Shown here piece by piece: positions 8,457 to 16,279 of a stretch of DNA of 39,896 bases. Both the position numbers and the translations under genes were made by a program. The notes under the pieces are model-generated. The model was not told where the DNA came from, ran no database searches, and saw nothing but the letters and a program-made list of their open reading frames with translations. Positions within the stretch are counted from its first letter, which is position 1; each line of letters begins with the position of its first letter. The DNA comes from Candidatus Cloacimonadota bacterium (lineage in GTDB: Bacteria > Hydrothermota > E44-bin80), in contig SOKM01000139.1 in assembly GCA_004375785.1 (NCBI GenBank), forward strand, positions 1 through 39,896, read 5' to 3'.

Positions 8457-9085
8457 TCTTCATCTCTTATAACGGATAAAAGTTTATCGATCATCTCTCT
8501 TGCAAAAGATGGACCAATAAGCATAGCAGATGCTTTTTGAAGTGAGAAACATAATTTCTGCACCTCAGAAAATGTTGCAGATTCGGTAGCAATCTTCATA
8601 TCTGACATTTGATTCTCAAAAATTGTCTCGCTAAAATCACCAAGATACTCGGAAAGAATCTCTTTTATCTTCTCGAAAATTGAGGAAGAAAGTATTCTTT
8701 CTTCCTTCTCCGGAACCTTAACGGATGACTTTACCTTTACTTCTTCTTTTGCCTTTACCTCAACACCTACAAATGTAGAGATAACTTTCTGATAAATACT
8801 TTTAATACTACTAAAAGCAATATTTTTTGGAAAAATAATACCACAATATCCGTCATCATATTTGAAAATAGAAACCCTTTTATTCTCGCCTTCTAATAAA
8901 AACGAGTCAAACACCATAGCACCGAGAGCATCCATTGTCTGTGTTAAAACAAGAGCTATTCTCTTTATTCTCGATTCTGGAACACTATATTTTTCTGTAA
9001 AAGAAAATAGGTTTTCTTCGCCTTTAAAATAGAACAAACCGAGAACAAGTTCATTTTTAATTAGTTCCTGAAGCAGTTCTTTCAT
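8453..9085 (-). CDS. Roadblock/LC7-like N-terminal domain protein with shared C-terminal helical module (hypothetical)
   Basis: 210 aa. The first ~100 aa have the alternating pattern of Roadblock/MglB-like folds (LVLGLFYFKGEENLF...ALGAMVFDSFLLEGENKRVSIFKYDDGYCGIIF). The C-terminus (TFSEVQKLCFSLQKASAMLIGPSFAREMIDKLLSVI) matches the tails of the two upstream ORFs. ATGA overlap with 9082..9795. Fold assignment is by eye only. Confidence 0.45.
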   Translation of the reverse strand: MKELLQELIKNELVLGLFYFKGEENLFSFTEKYSVPESRIKRIALVLTQTMDALGAMVFDSFLLEGENKRVSIFKYDDGYCGIIFPKNIAFSSIKSIYQKVISTFVGVEVKAKEEVKVKSSVKVPEKEERILSSSIFEKIKEILSEYLGDFSETIFENQMSDMKIATESATFSEVQKLCFSLQKASAMLIGPSFAREMIDKLLSVIRDEE

Positions 9086-9795
9086 TTTGTTATTCCCAAT
9101 TTCTCAATAACATTGTGGACCTTCTTCTTTGCTTCAATGGCTCCGAACTTCTCAACTGCTTTTCTACAGAGTGAATCTGTTACAAGCTTTGAAACAATGG
9201 AAATATCTTCTTCTTTAGTTTCCGGGTCCAAATTGCCTTCAAATATCACCTTATTATTATCAAAATGAATAACACTTATCATCTTCTTTCCAATCTCATT
9301 TTCATAGAACTTCTCTCTTACAAGCTCTATCCACTGAACTCTGTCTTCTCTATCACTGAATTCATCTATAAGGAGGTTGATCTGATTAACCTTGCTGTCG
9401 AGGAATCTGGTTTGCTGACTTAATTCACCAACGGAAGAAACAGATACCTTTTCGGGTTCTTTCATCTCCCCATCTGTTTTTTCTATCCCTTGTATTTTTT
9501 TCATTACCACCTCAAAAGCGATATCTGAAGACAACTCACATCCTATGTAACCACCTTCTTTCACAAGGATAACGAACTTCTGGTTCTCTTTCTCAAGATA
9601 ACTAAATTTAAGTCTCTTGATACCAAGTGAAGATGCAACAACATCAAATCCTGAGCCAAAGAATGCAGTGATATCTTCAAGTAAAGGATTTATATCTCCT
9701 TCCTTCAACAGAACAGAACCATCCTGTGGATCCACAGTAATACAACCTGTAATCCCATCTATGGCAATGATTTTTTTAAGTAACGATTCAAACAT
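9082..9795 (-). CDS. Roadblock/LC7-like N-terminal domain protein with shared C-terminal module (hypothetical)
   Basis: 237 aa. N-terminus IIAIDGITGCITVDPQDGSVLLKEG...ASSLGIKRLKFSYLEKENQKFVILVKEGGYIGCEL fits the Roadblock/MglB pattern. C-terminal ~95 aa (VQWIELVREKF...DISIVSKLVTDSLCRKAVEKFGAIEAKKKVHNVIEKL) are homologous to the tail of the DUF4388 protein. 1-nt overlap with the upstream gene. Confidence 0.5.
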   Translation of the reverse strand: MFESLLKKIIAIDGITGCITVDPQDGSVLLKEGDINPLLEDITAFFGSGFDVVASSLGIKRLKFSYLEKENQKFVILVKEGGYIGCELSSDIAFEVVMKKIQGIEKTDGEMKEPEKVSVSSVGELSQQTRFLDSKVNQINLLIDEFSDREDRVQWIELVREKFYENEIGKKMISVIHFDNNKVIFEGNLDPETKEEDISIVSKLVTDSLCRKAVEKFGAIEAKKKVHNVIEKLGITK

Positions 9796-10667
9796 TATTT
9801 CCTTATCTCGCTTATTCTTTTAAGGGCAGCATTAAATTTTGTTCTGGTTAGCATAGGTCCGAACTCTCTTTGACATTTCTCTTTCAGAATACTCTCCACC
9901 TGAGAAAATAATTCTTTTATCTCTTCTTTCGAGATATCCATTTTCTTTTTCGCTTTCACAGAGAGATTTGCATCACTAAAAACAACATTTTCAAGTAACC
10001 TTCTTCCAGCCTTATCCTTATCCAACGTATCCTTTGTAAGTTCTATCCATTCCTTCTCATCAATGCCAAGAGTCGCAAGTTCCCTGGATAAAATATTAAT
10101 GAATTGAATTTTCTCTTTTAGGATATGCTCAAGCTCTTTTGGGTCGTATATTAAACCTTTTTCTAAAAGCCAGGCTGTTGTTTTATAGACAGTGAGTGCT
10201 CCCATCCCACTTTTTTCAATGATATCTTTTATATTGTTTTTCCCATCCATCAGCACTAATATCTTCCAATCACTTTTTCTCAACGCAACAGCACCTTCTG
10301 GAGGTTTCTGGGATTTAACGAGAATTGTATCAAATGGGGGAAGTTTTGCTTTTATCTCATTAATCTCTACTCTTCTTCTTTCAATTTCTCCTATCAAAGT
10401 CGAAACTTCATCCTTAATTGTAACCTCGGCTATCTTTTCATCAGGGAAAAATTCAATCTGTCCATTCAAAAAAATAGAAAGGTTGTATAATGCCTCAACA
10501 CCCTTTAATTTCTTGTAAGAAGAGTGGGTAACCTTCCCTTTGACAAAATAGACCTCTCCTTTTTCACCTGCTGAACGTAGCTCGAGCCTTCCAGTTTTAT
10601 CAAATTTTGTCAAAAGGAAAAAAATCTGGCTTGCAGAAAAATCGGATAAAGATGCTACTAAACCCAT
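9795..10667 (-). CDS. PATAN/DUF4388 domain protein with winged-helix-like middle region
   Basis: 290 aa. N-terminus SLSDFSASQIFFLLTKFDKTGRLELRSAGEKGEVYFVKGKVTHSSY...GVEALYNLSIFLNGQIEFFPDE matches the DUF4388/PATAN signature. Middle SDWKILVLMDGKNNIKDIIEKSGMGALTVYKTTAWLLEKGLI is the usual companion wHTH-like segment. The C-terminal module is shared with the next two ORFs. Confidence 0.65.
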   Translation of the reverse strand: MGLVASLSDFSASQIFFLLTKFDKTGRLELRSAGEKGEVYFVKGKVTHSSYKKLKGVEALYNLSIFLNGQIEFFPDEKIAEVTIKDEVSTLIGEIERRRVEINEIKAKLPPFDTILVKSQKPPEGAVALRKSDWKILVLMDGKNNIKDIIEKSGMGALTVYKTTAWLLEKGLIYDPKELEHILKEKIQFINILSRELATLGIDEKEWIELTKDTLDKDKAGRRLLENVVFSDANLSVKAKKKMDISKEEIKELFSQVESILKEKCQREFGPMLTRTKFNAALKRISEIRK

Positions 10668-10799
10668 ATCTCTTTATTTTTATATCACTTAAAACCATCC
10701 AGAAATTGACTATTCTTCACTAAACTCTTGAAAAACTTTTTCAAAGTTTATCTTACTTTCTACATTTTGATTCAAAACATTACAGAATCACACAGAAAT

Positions 10800-10828
10800 A
10801 TTATACCTCTAAAACATACCCTTGTCAA
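10800..10828 (-). promoter_or_regulatory. Consensus sigma70 promoter for the DUF4388 operon
   Basis: Minus strand reads TTGACA (10828-10823), a 17-nt spacer (agggtatgttttagagg), then TATAAT (10805-10800). Both hexamers are perfect. About 125-nt leader to the ATG at 10667. Confidence 0.7.
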
Positions 10829-10837
10829 GAAAAAAAA

Positions 10838-11614
10838 TTAGACACAATAATTCCACTCTTCTGACTCATATTTATTTTTCAACAGCTTTTTTCTCTCAAG
10901 CTCTTCTGTGGACAATTCTCTTCTTTCTATATTTATATTATAAGTGTGTTCCATACCGTCCTTTAATTTATCGCTGAAGAACTCGAAACTCAGAACCTTG
11001 CTTTCTTCGATATAAAAAAAATCATCAATTGTAAAGATATCAAAAAAAGCAGAGCGTGGTCTCTTGAGAAGAAGAGAACCCTGAACAAGGATAGCATCTT
11101 TTCTTCGATATTGTGAAACACCTAATACTTTCTTCTTATGTATAGTCAGTTCATATCGCGAGATTGAAGAAAAACAGAACGGATTGTGTTGAAGGTAAAC
11201 ATCTTTTTTCATCTCCTTCGCATGTTTCACTTTCTCCCATTTTACAGGAATATTTAATGACCTCAGAGAATAAAGAAAAGCCTCAGAAATTGCCTTGTAG
11301 GTCTCGTATATATTACCGCCCAGAATTGGATTATTTTTTTTAATTATCAAACTAAATGTAAAATCACCAGAATGAACGACTGCCCTTCCACCAGTGAGTC
11401 TTCTTACAACATCAATTCTGTTCTTTTTACATAAACTCACATTAATTTCTTCCATTTTCTGCAATCTTCCAATCGTTATAGCCGGTGGGCAAAAATCAAA
11501 AAATCTTATTGTTTCCGGAGAACTCTTGTCTATAACACCATCAAGTATGGCTTCATCCACTGCCATCTGTGTAAAAGCGTCTATTCCTCTCATTACTACC
11601 AAACGATAATCCAT
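10838..11614 (-). CDS. Lipoate-protein ligase / octanoyltransferase family protein (BPL/LPL catalytic domain only)
   Basis: 258 aa. Motifs FTQMAVDEAIL, IRFFDFCPPAITIGRLQ, VVRRLTGGRAVVHSGDFTFSLI and KKVLGVSQYRRKDAILVQGSLLL (lysine-containing motif) match the LplA/LipB/LipM catalytic fold. No LplA C-terminal accessory domain. Confidence 0.75.
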   Translation of the reverse strand: MDYRLVVMRGIDAFTQMAVDEAILDGVIDKSSPETIRFFDFCPPAITIGRLQKMEEINVSLCKKNRIDVVRRLTGGRAVVHSGDFTFSLIIKKNNPILGGNIYETYKAISEAFLYSLRSLNIPVKWEKVKHAKEMKKDVYLQHNPFCFSSISRYELTIHKKKVLGVSQYRRKDAILVQGSLLLKRPRSAFFDIFTIDDFFYIEESKVLSFEFFSDKLKDGMEHTYNINIERRELSTEELERKKLLKNKYESEEWNYCV

Positions 11615-11682
11615 ATCTTCTTACTTATAAAACATTTTTATGAAAATTTCAAGTGATTTCCCTAAGGATTCCTTTACATTCA

Positions 11683-14061
11683 TCATTTCAGTTCTTCCAA
11701 ACTTTCTCCTTTAATAATTTTTATTCTTTTTATCCTCTCTCCTATCCCGAATTTTGCGGATTCTATAAAAGAAATAGAAAGTGCTTTTTTATAAAATTCC
11801 AATGCTCTATCAAACAACATCAGTTCTTCAGCAGACAGACCAGCTTCATAAAGTGCTCGAATCCTGTCGCTCATATCTTCGTATGTTATGGAAGATTTCT
11901 CATATAAATCTATGGCCTCTTTTAGTGCTCCTAACTCCTTCTTATATTGAGCTTTTAGGAAATATGATTCTGCTCTTATTTTTAGACTTGCTATTTTTAT
12001 CAGATTATCGAGATATTCTAAATATTCTTCACCCTTCCCTTCCAGGTAAAAAGTTTTAGCAATCAAAAGTTTTGCCTGCTCTTTTAATCGAAACACCTTT
12101 TTGCTCTTTACAACCAATTCAAAAGAAACCCTTGCCTCCTTGGGTAAATTCAATTCCAGATAATTCTTACCAATGATGAAATTTCCATAATCGGTCATAT
12201 TACTTTCCGGGAATCTTCTTGTTAGTTCCTTGAAAATATCTATTGATTCTTTATACATTTCATTAGAAAAGAATGTCTCACCCATTGAAACAAATGCAGA
12301 CTCAGCGTATTCATCTTTCCCCTCTGAAAGTTCCTTATAAATATCGAGCGATTTCTCATAATAACCAATTTGAGAATAACTTTGTGCCAATTTAAAAAGG
12401 ACAAAACGACTGTTTTCATCTTTTGGAAAAAGATTGAGAAACCGTTCATATTCCCTGATTGCCTCCCAGTATTTCTGTAATTGAAAGTAGTACTCTGCAA
12501 CTTCCAACTGCAGGTAAGCACTTTTAGGGCTTTCTGGATATTTACGTACAAAAGCCCTGTTCATATCGACTGGATTCCTGTAATATCTTAAATTTAAGAG
12601 ACATCTCTCTGTCTGGAATCTCACTTCATCAAGCAGGCTTGGCGAAAGTTCCAACTCAAGAAGTTTTTTATATGTATTGTATGCATTCAGGTATTCCTCT
12701 TTTTCGAAACTAATTCTTGCAATCATATTCATTGCATGTGATTTCCATCTTGAATTAGGGAAAGTAGAAATTATCTTTCTAAAATCCGCATTGGCTCGTT
12801 CGTATTCTCTAAGGAAAAATTCAGATTTACCACGAAGGTAATATATTCTATCTTTATCTTCAAGCGAAGGAGCAATTTTCAGCAATCTTGTAAAATAAAA
12901 TTCTGCTTCTTTATGTTCTCCAACATAAAAAAGAGAGAGTGCTGATAATCTCATGATTTTTGAGAGATGTGGGGATTCAGGGTACAAAACCAGAAAATCC
13001 TTGAGTACAGCATAAGCACTGGAGTATTTGCCAAGTCGAAAATATGCCCAGGCCAACCCATAGAGTGCAAACTTTTTTTTACTGGCACTATTGACCATAC
13101 CAGTATATTTTCTGTAATACTTTACTGCCTCCTTATAATCCTTAAGAAAATAGTAACATTCAGCAGAAAGAATAGTTATCATTTCCTTTATCCTTTTAGA
13201 TATGGAGGTATCGTTTTCAATTGATTGAAACTCTTCTTTTGCTTTCATAAAAGAACCATTTCTATAAAAAAGGTAACCCTTCATTGCCGATATTTCGCAT
13301 CTTCCTTCAGTGTTAATTGTTGTCAAAATATCAAAAGATTCTTTTTCTTTACCTTGGGTCCCCCAGATAAGTCCAAGATAAAGTGAAGATTTATATCCAA
13401 CTTCGTCCTCCTTAAAGTTTTTTTCAAGGAATTCAAAATATGGCTCTGCATTTTTGTAATCCATTTTTTTCAGGGTGATATATCCGAGGGAATACATAGT
13501 AAGTTTTAATTGTCCTCTGCTAATACTCTCAATTTCATCCTCGTTGTGTTGAAGAGTTTTTAATACATCAGTAAAGGTTTTCTCAGCTCTCTTTAGTGAA
13601 TCAAGGGAAAGAAAGAGTAGTGCAATCTTTGTTTCAAAAAAAATCTTGTTCTTCTCATCAGGTTCCTGAGTAATAAGCATTTTTAAACTCTCTATTGCCT
13701 CCAGAGTTTTGTTTAATCTCTCCAAACATTCTGCCATTAATAAAAGAAATTCGCTCCCTTTATGCCCTTCTGTCACGTTGTTTTCAATTACCTCAATTGC
13801 TTTTTTATAATTTCCGAGTTTCATAAGTGATATAACTTTTTTTCTGAGTGCATTATTTCGCACTTCCTTATCAAAAGAAAATTTGTAAGCAAGTTCAAAC
13901 TCTTTAATAGCTCTCCTGTAATATCCATCCTCAACAAATTCTTCTCCTTTCATCATATGGAAATATGCACGATTATTAACATCAGGCTGAACAGGAGACC
14001 AAGCAAGAACATTGTGTGTTATGTTTAATAGAATAAATAAAAGAGTTATAATTTTTTTCAT
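11683..14061 (-). CDS. Secreted tetratricopeptide-repeat protein
   Basis: 792 aa. Signal peptide MKKIITLLFILLNITHNVLA. The whole length is 34-residue helical repeats with the W/Y-A-Y-G-Y-A-P pattern (for example YYRRAIKEFELAY, GKYSSAYAVLKDFLVLYP). Confidence 0.8.
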   Translation of the reverse strand: MKKIITLLFILLNITHNVLAWSPVQPDVNNRAYFHMMKGEEFVEDGYYRRAIKEFELAYKFSFDKEVRNNALRKKVISLMKLGNYKKAIEVIENNVTEGHKGSEFLLLMAECLERLNKTLEAIESLKMLITQEPDEKNKIFFETKIALLFLSLDSLKRAEKTFTDVLKTLQHNEDEIESISRGQLKLTMYSLGYITLKKMDYKNAEPYFEFLEKNFKEDEVGYKSSLYLGLIWGTQGKEKESFDILTTINTEGRCEISAMKGYLFYRNGSFMKAKEEFQSIENDTSISKRIKEMITILSAECYYFLKDYKEAVKYYRKYTGMVNSASKKKFALYGLAWAYFRLGKYSSAYAVLKDFLVLYPESPHLSKIMRLSALSLFYVGEHKEAEFYFTRLLKIAPSLEDKDRIYYLRGKSEFFLREYERANADFRKIISTFPNSRWKSHAMNMIARISFEKEEYLNAYNTYKKLLELELSPSLLDEVRFQTERCLLNLRYYRNPVDMNRAFVRKYPESPKSAYLQLEVAEYYFQLQKYWEAIREYERFLNLFPKDENSRFVLFKLAQSYSQIGYYEKSLDIYKELSEGKDEYAESAFVSMGETFFSNEMYKESIDIFKELTRRFPESNMTDYGNFIIGKNYLELNLPKEARVSFELVVKSKKVFRLKEQAKLLIAKTFYLEGKGEEYLEYLDNLIKIASLKIRAESYFLKAQYKKELGALKEAIDLYEKSSITYEDMSDRIRALYEAGLSAEELMLFDRALEFYKKALSISFIESAKFGIGERIKRIKIIKGESLEELK

Positions 14062-14091
14062 ATTAACTTCAGACTTTTTTTTACTGTTACA

Positions 14092-14180
14092 CTTACTCCC
14101 TACTCTTTGCTCCTTTTCCCCGTTTCTCCCATTCCCCGTTTCACAAACGTTCTATCTACTCCCTACTGCTTACTCCCTAC
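14092..14180. repeat. Low-complexity repeat patch (3 copies of CT(T)ACTCCCTAC, 2 copies of TTCCCCGTTTC)
   Basis: CTTACTCCCTAC occurs at 14092-14103 and 14169-14180, and CTACTCCCTAC at 14156-14166. TTCCCCGTTTC occurs twice between 14115 and 14142. The patch fills the ABC/TPR intergenic gap, and the last copy overlaps the ABC stop codon (14177-14179). Confidence 0.6.
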
Positions 14181-16279
14181 TTTCTTTGTGTATCAGTGTT
14201 CTTGAACTGTACCCTGTAGAGGTCGTAATAATAACCTCTTTTCTCAAGCAGTTCCTTATGGGTACCCCGTTCAACAATCCTCCCCTTTTGAAGTACAATA
14301 ATATTCTTGATTCTTTCAATGGTTGAAAGTCTATGTGCGATAACAATGAATGTTCTTCCCTTCATCAGTTTAGCAAGTGCATCCTGGATAAGGGATTCTG
14401 TCTCTGTATCAACACTTGACGTCGCCTCGTCAAGTATCAAAACACTCGGATTATATGCAAGCGCCCTGGCAAACGCAAGCAGTTGTTTTTCACCCTGTGA
14501 GAGTGAAACGCCTCTTTCCTTAACTTCGGCATCAAATCCATCAGGTATCTTATTGATAAACCTATCAGCGTTAACATATCGTGCTATCATTTCAAGTTCT
14601 CCTTCATTCATATCTTCCTTGCTTAATGCAATATTTCTTTTTATTGAACCCGAAAAAAGGAAAACATCCTGCAAGACAACTCCTATGTTCTTCCTCAAAA
14701 AATCCCTATCAAGGTCTCTTATATCAACATTATCAAGGCTAATCTTCCCTTTTTCAACCTCATAAAATCGTAAAAGAAGGTTAATAAGGGAAGTCTTCCC
14801 TGCCCCTGTTGCTCCCACAATTGCCATGCTTTCACCAGGTTCCACACTGAATGTGATGTTCTTTAAGACATAATTATCATCAGAGTATGCAAACCAGACT
14901 CTATCAAAATTAATACTGCCTTTAACCTCTTTCAGTTCTCTTTTGCCGCTGGTATCTTCAAGTTCATCTTTTTTATCAAGAAGCAGGAAAACTCTTTCAG
15001 ACGCTGCCATTGCTGCCTGGAGTATATTATACTTCTCGCTCAAATCCCTTATCGGTTGAAAAAATCTTTCAACATATGATAGAAAGGCAACGAATGCTCC
15101 AAGTGTGAGAGTCTGTTCAATCACCCTCCCTCCACCATACCATACAATAAGCGCAACAGCAAGTGCACCTATAATTTCAATCAAGGGCCTGAAAATAGCG
15201 AAAACAATTAGCTGAGACATATTTGCATCAAAATTTTCCCTATTGATTTTCCTGAATCTTCTCATATTCTCTTTTTCACGAGTAAAGAGTTGAACAACAC
15301 GCATCCCCGAAATATTTTCCTGAAGATAAACATTTATCTTTGCCACTGTGAGTCTAACCCACCTAAATGCCTTTCTCACTCTATTTCTGAAGATAATTGT
15401 AACGACAATAATAATAGGTGTAACAAGCATTGTCGCTGAAGCAAGCTGCCAGTTGAGATAAAACATAATGATAACAACACCAGTGAGGATAAAAATATCG
15501 CTGAACAGAAAAACTATGACATTGGTGAACATCTCATTTATTACAGCAACGTCATTTGTTACCCTGGTGACAAGCCTGCCAACGGGATTTTTGTCGAAAA
15601 AGGAGACATTTAACTGCTGGAGATGAGAGAAGATTTTCATCCTCATATCAAACATTACTTTCTGTCCTGTGTACTGAAGAATATAAACCTGAACATAATT
15701 AAAAATAAAAGTCAGAATTAGTATTATTCCAAAAATAATTGCAAGATAATTAATTCCCACAATATCCTTCTTTCGAAGTGTAAGCATCTCCTGTAATGAA
15801 AGTTTCCCTGCTTTTTTCGCATCAAGGAAGTATAAGGTATTATATTGTATGAGAATATTTTTTTTGTTTAATGATTCCAGAATACTTTTATCAATTATCT
15901 TGGAGTCAAAAATAAAATATTTTTCTTGAAAAAGATGCTGTTTTTCGAGTTCATATCTTGTATCCTTATCAACCCTTCTTAAGTCAAGGATGTACCCATC
16001 TTTTAATGGAAAAATGGCATCCATACTTTTTAGCCTATCCAACACATCCTCATCTTTCACATCCATAAAACGACCCGGGGGTGTGATGTATCTATCAATT
16101 GCAATCTTAGTTATATAAGGAAGGGAAAGATTAAATCCTGTTATGAAAAAAAGAAGAAAAATACAGATAATAACGAGACCTTTATAGGGCATAACAAAAA
16201 CCAACAGTCTCTTCATAAGCCTAACATCGTATGGCTTCGATAACTCTTCTTCCTCATGGTAGTATCCACCGTGATGCAT
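14177..16279 (-). CDS. ABC exporter half-transporter (TMD-NBD), consensus-site subunit with enlarged first external loop
   Basis: 700 aa. Walker A GATGAGKTS, Walker B VLILDEATSSVD (catalytic Glu present), H-loop IAHR. The signature is degenerate (LSQGE, 14503-14489). About 110 extra residues lie between TM1 and TM2. 1-nt overlap with the upstream partner. Confidence 0.9.
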   Translation of the reverse strand: MHHGGYYHEEEELSKPYDVRLMKRLLVFVMPYKGLVIICIFLLFFITGFNLSLPYITKIAIDRYITPPGRFMDVKDEDVLDRLKSMDAIFPLKDGYILDLRRVDKDTRYELEKQHLFQEKYFIFDSKIIDKSILESLNKKNILIQYNTLYFLDAKKAGKLSLQEMLTLRKKDIVGINYLAIIFGIILILTFIFNYVQVYILQYTGQKVMFDMRMKIFSHLQQLNVSFFDKNPVGRLVTRVTNDVAVINEMFTNVIVFLFSDIFILTGVVIIMFYLNWQLASATMLVTPIIIVVTIIFRNRVRKAFRWVRLTVAKINVYLQENISGMRVVQLFTREKENMRRFRKINRENFDANMSQLIVFAIFRPLIEIIGALAVALIVWYGGGRVIEQTLTLGAFVAFLSYVERFFQPIRDLSEKYNILQAAMAASERVFLLLDKKDELEDTSGKRELKEVKGSINFDRVWFAYSDDNYVLKNITFSVEPGESMAIVGATGAGKTSLINLLLRFYEVEKGKISLDNVDIRDLDRDFLRKNIGVVLQDVFLFSGSIKRNIALSKEDMNEGELEMIARYVNADRFINKIPDGFDAEVKERGVSLSQGEKQLLAFARALAYNPSVLILDEATSSVDTETESLIQDALAKLMKGRTFIVIAHRLSTIERIKNIIVLQKGRIVERGTHKELLEKRGYYYDLYRVQFKNTDTQRK

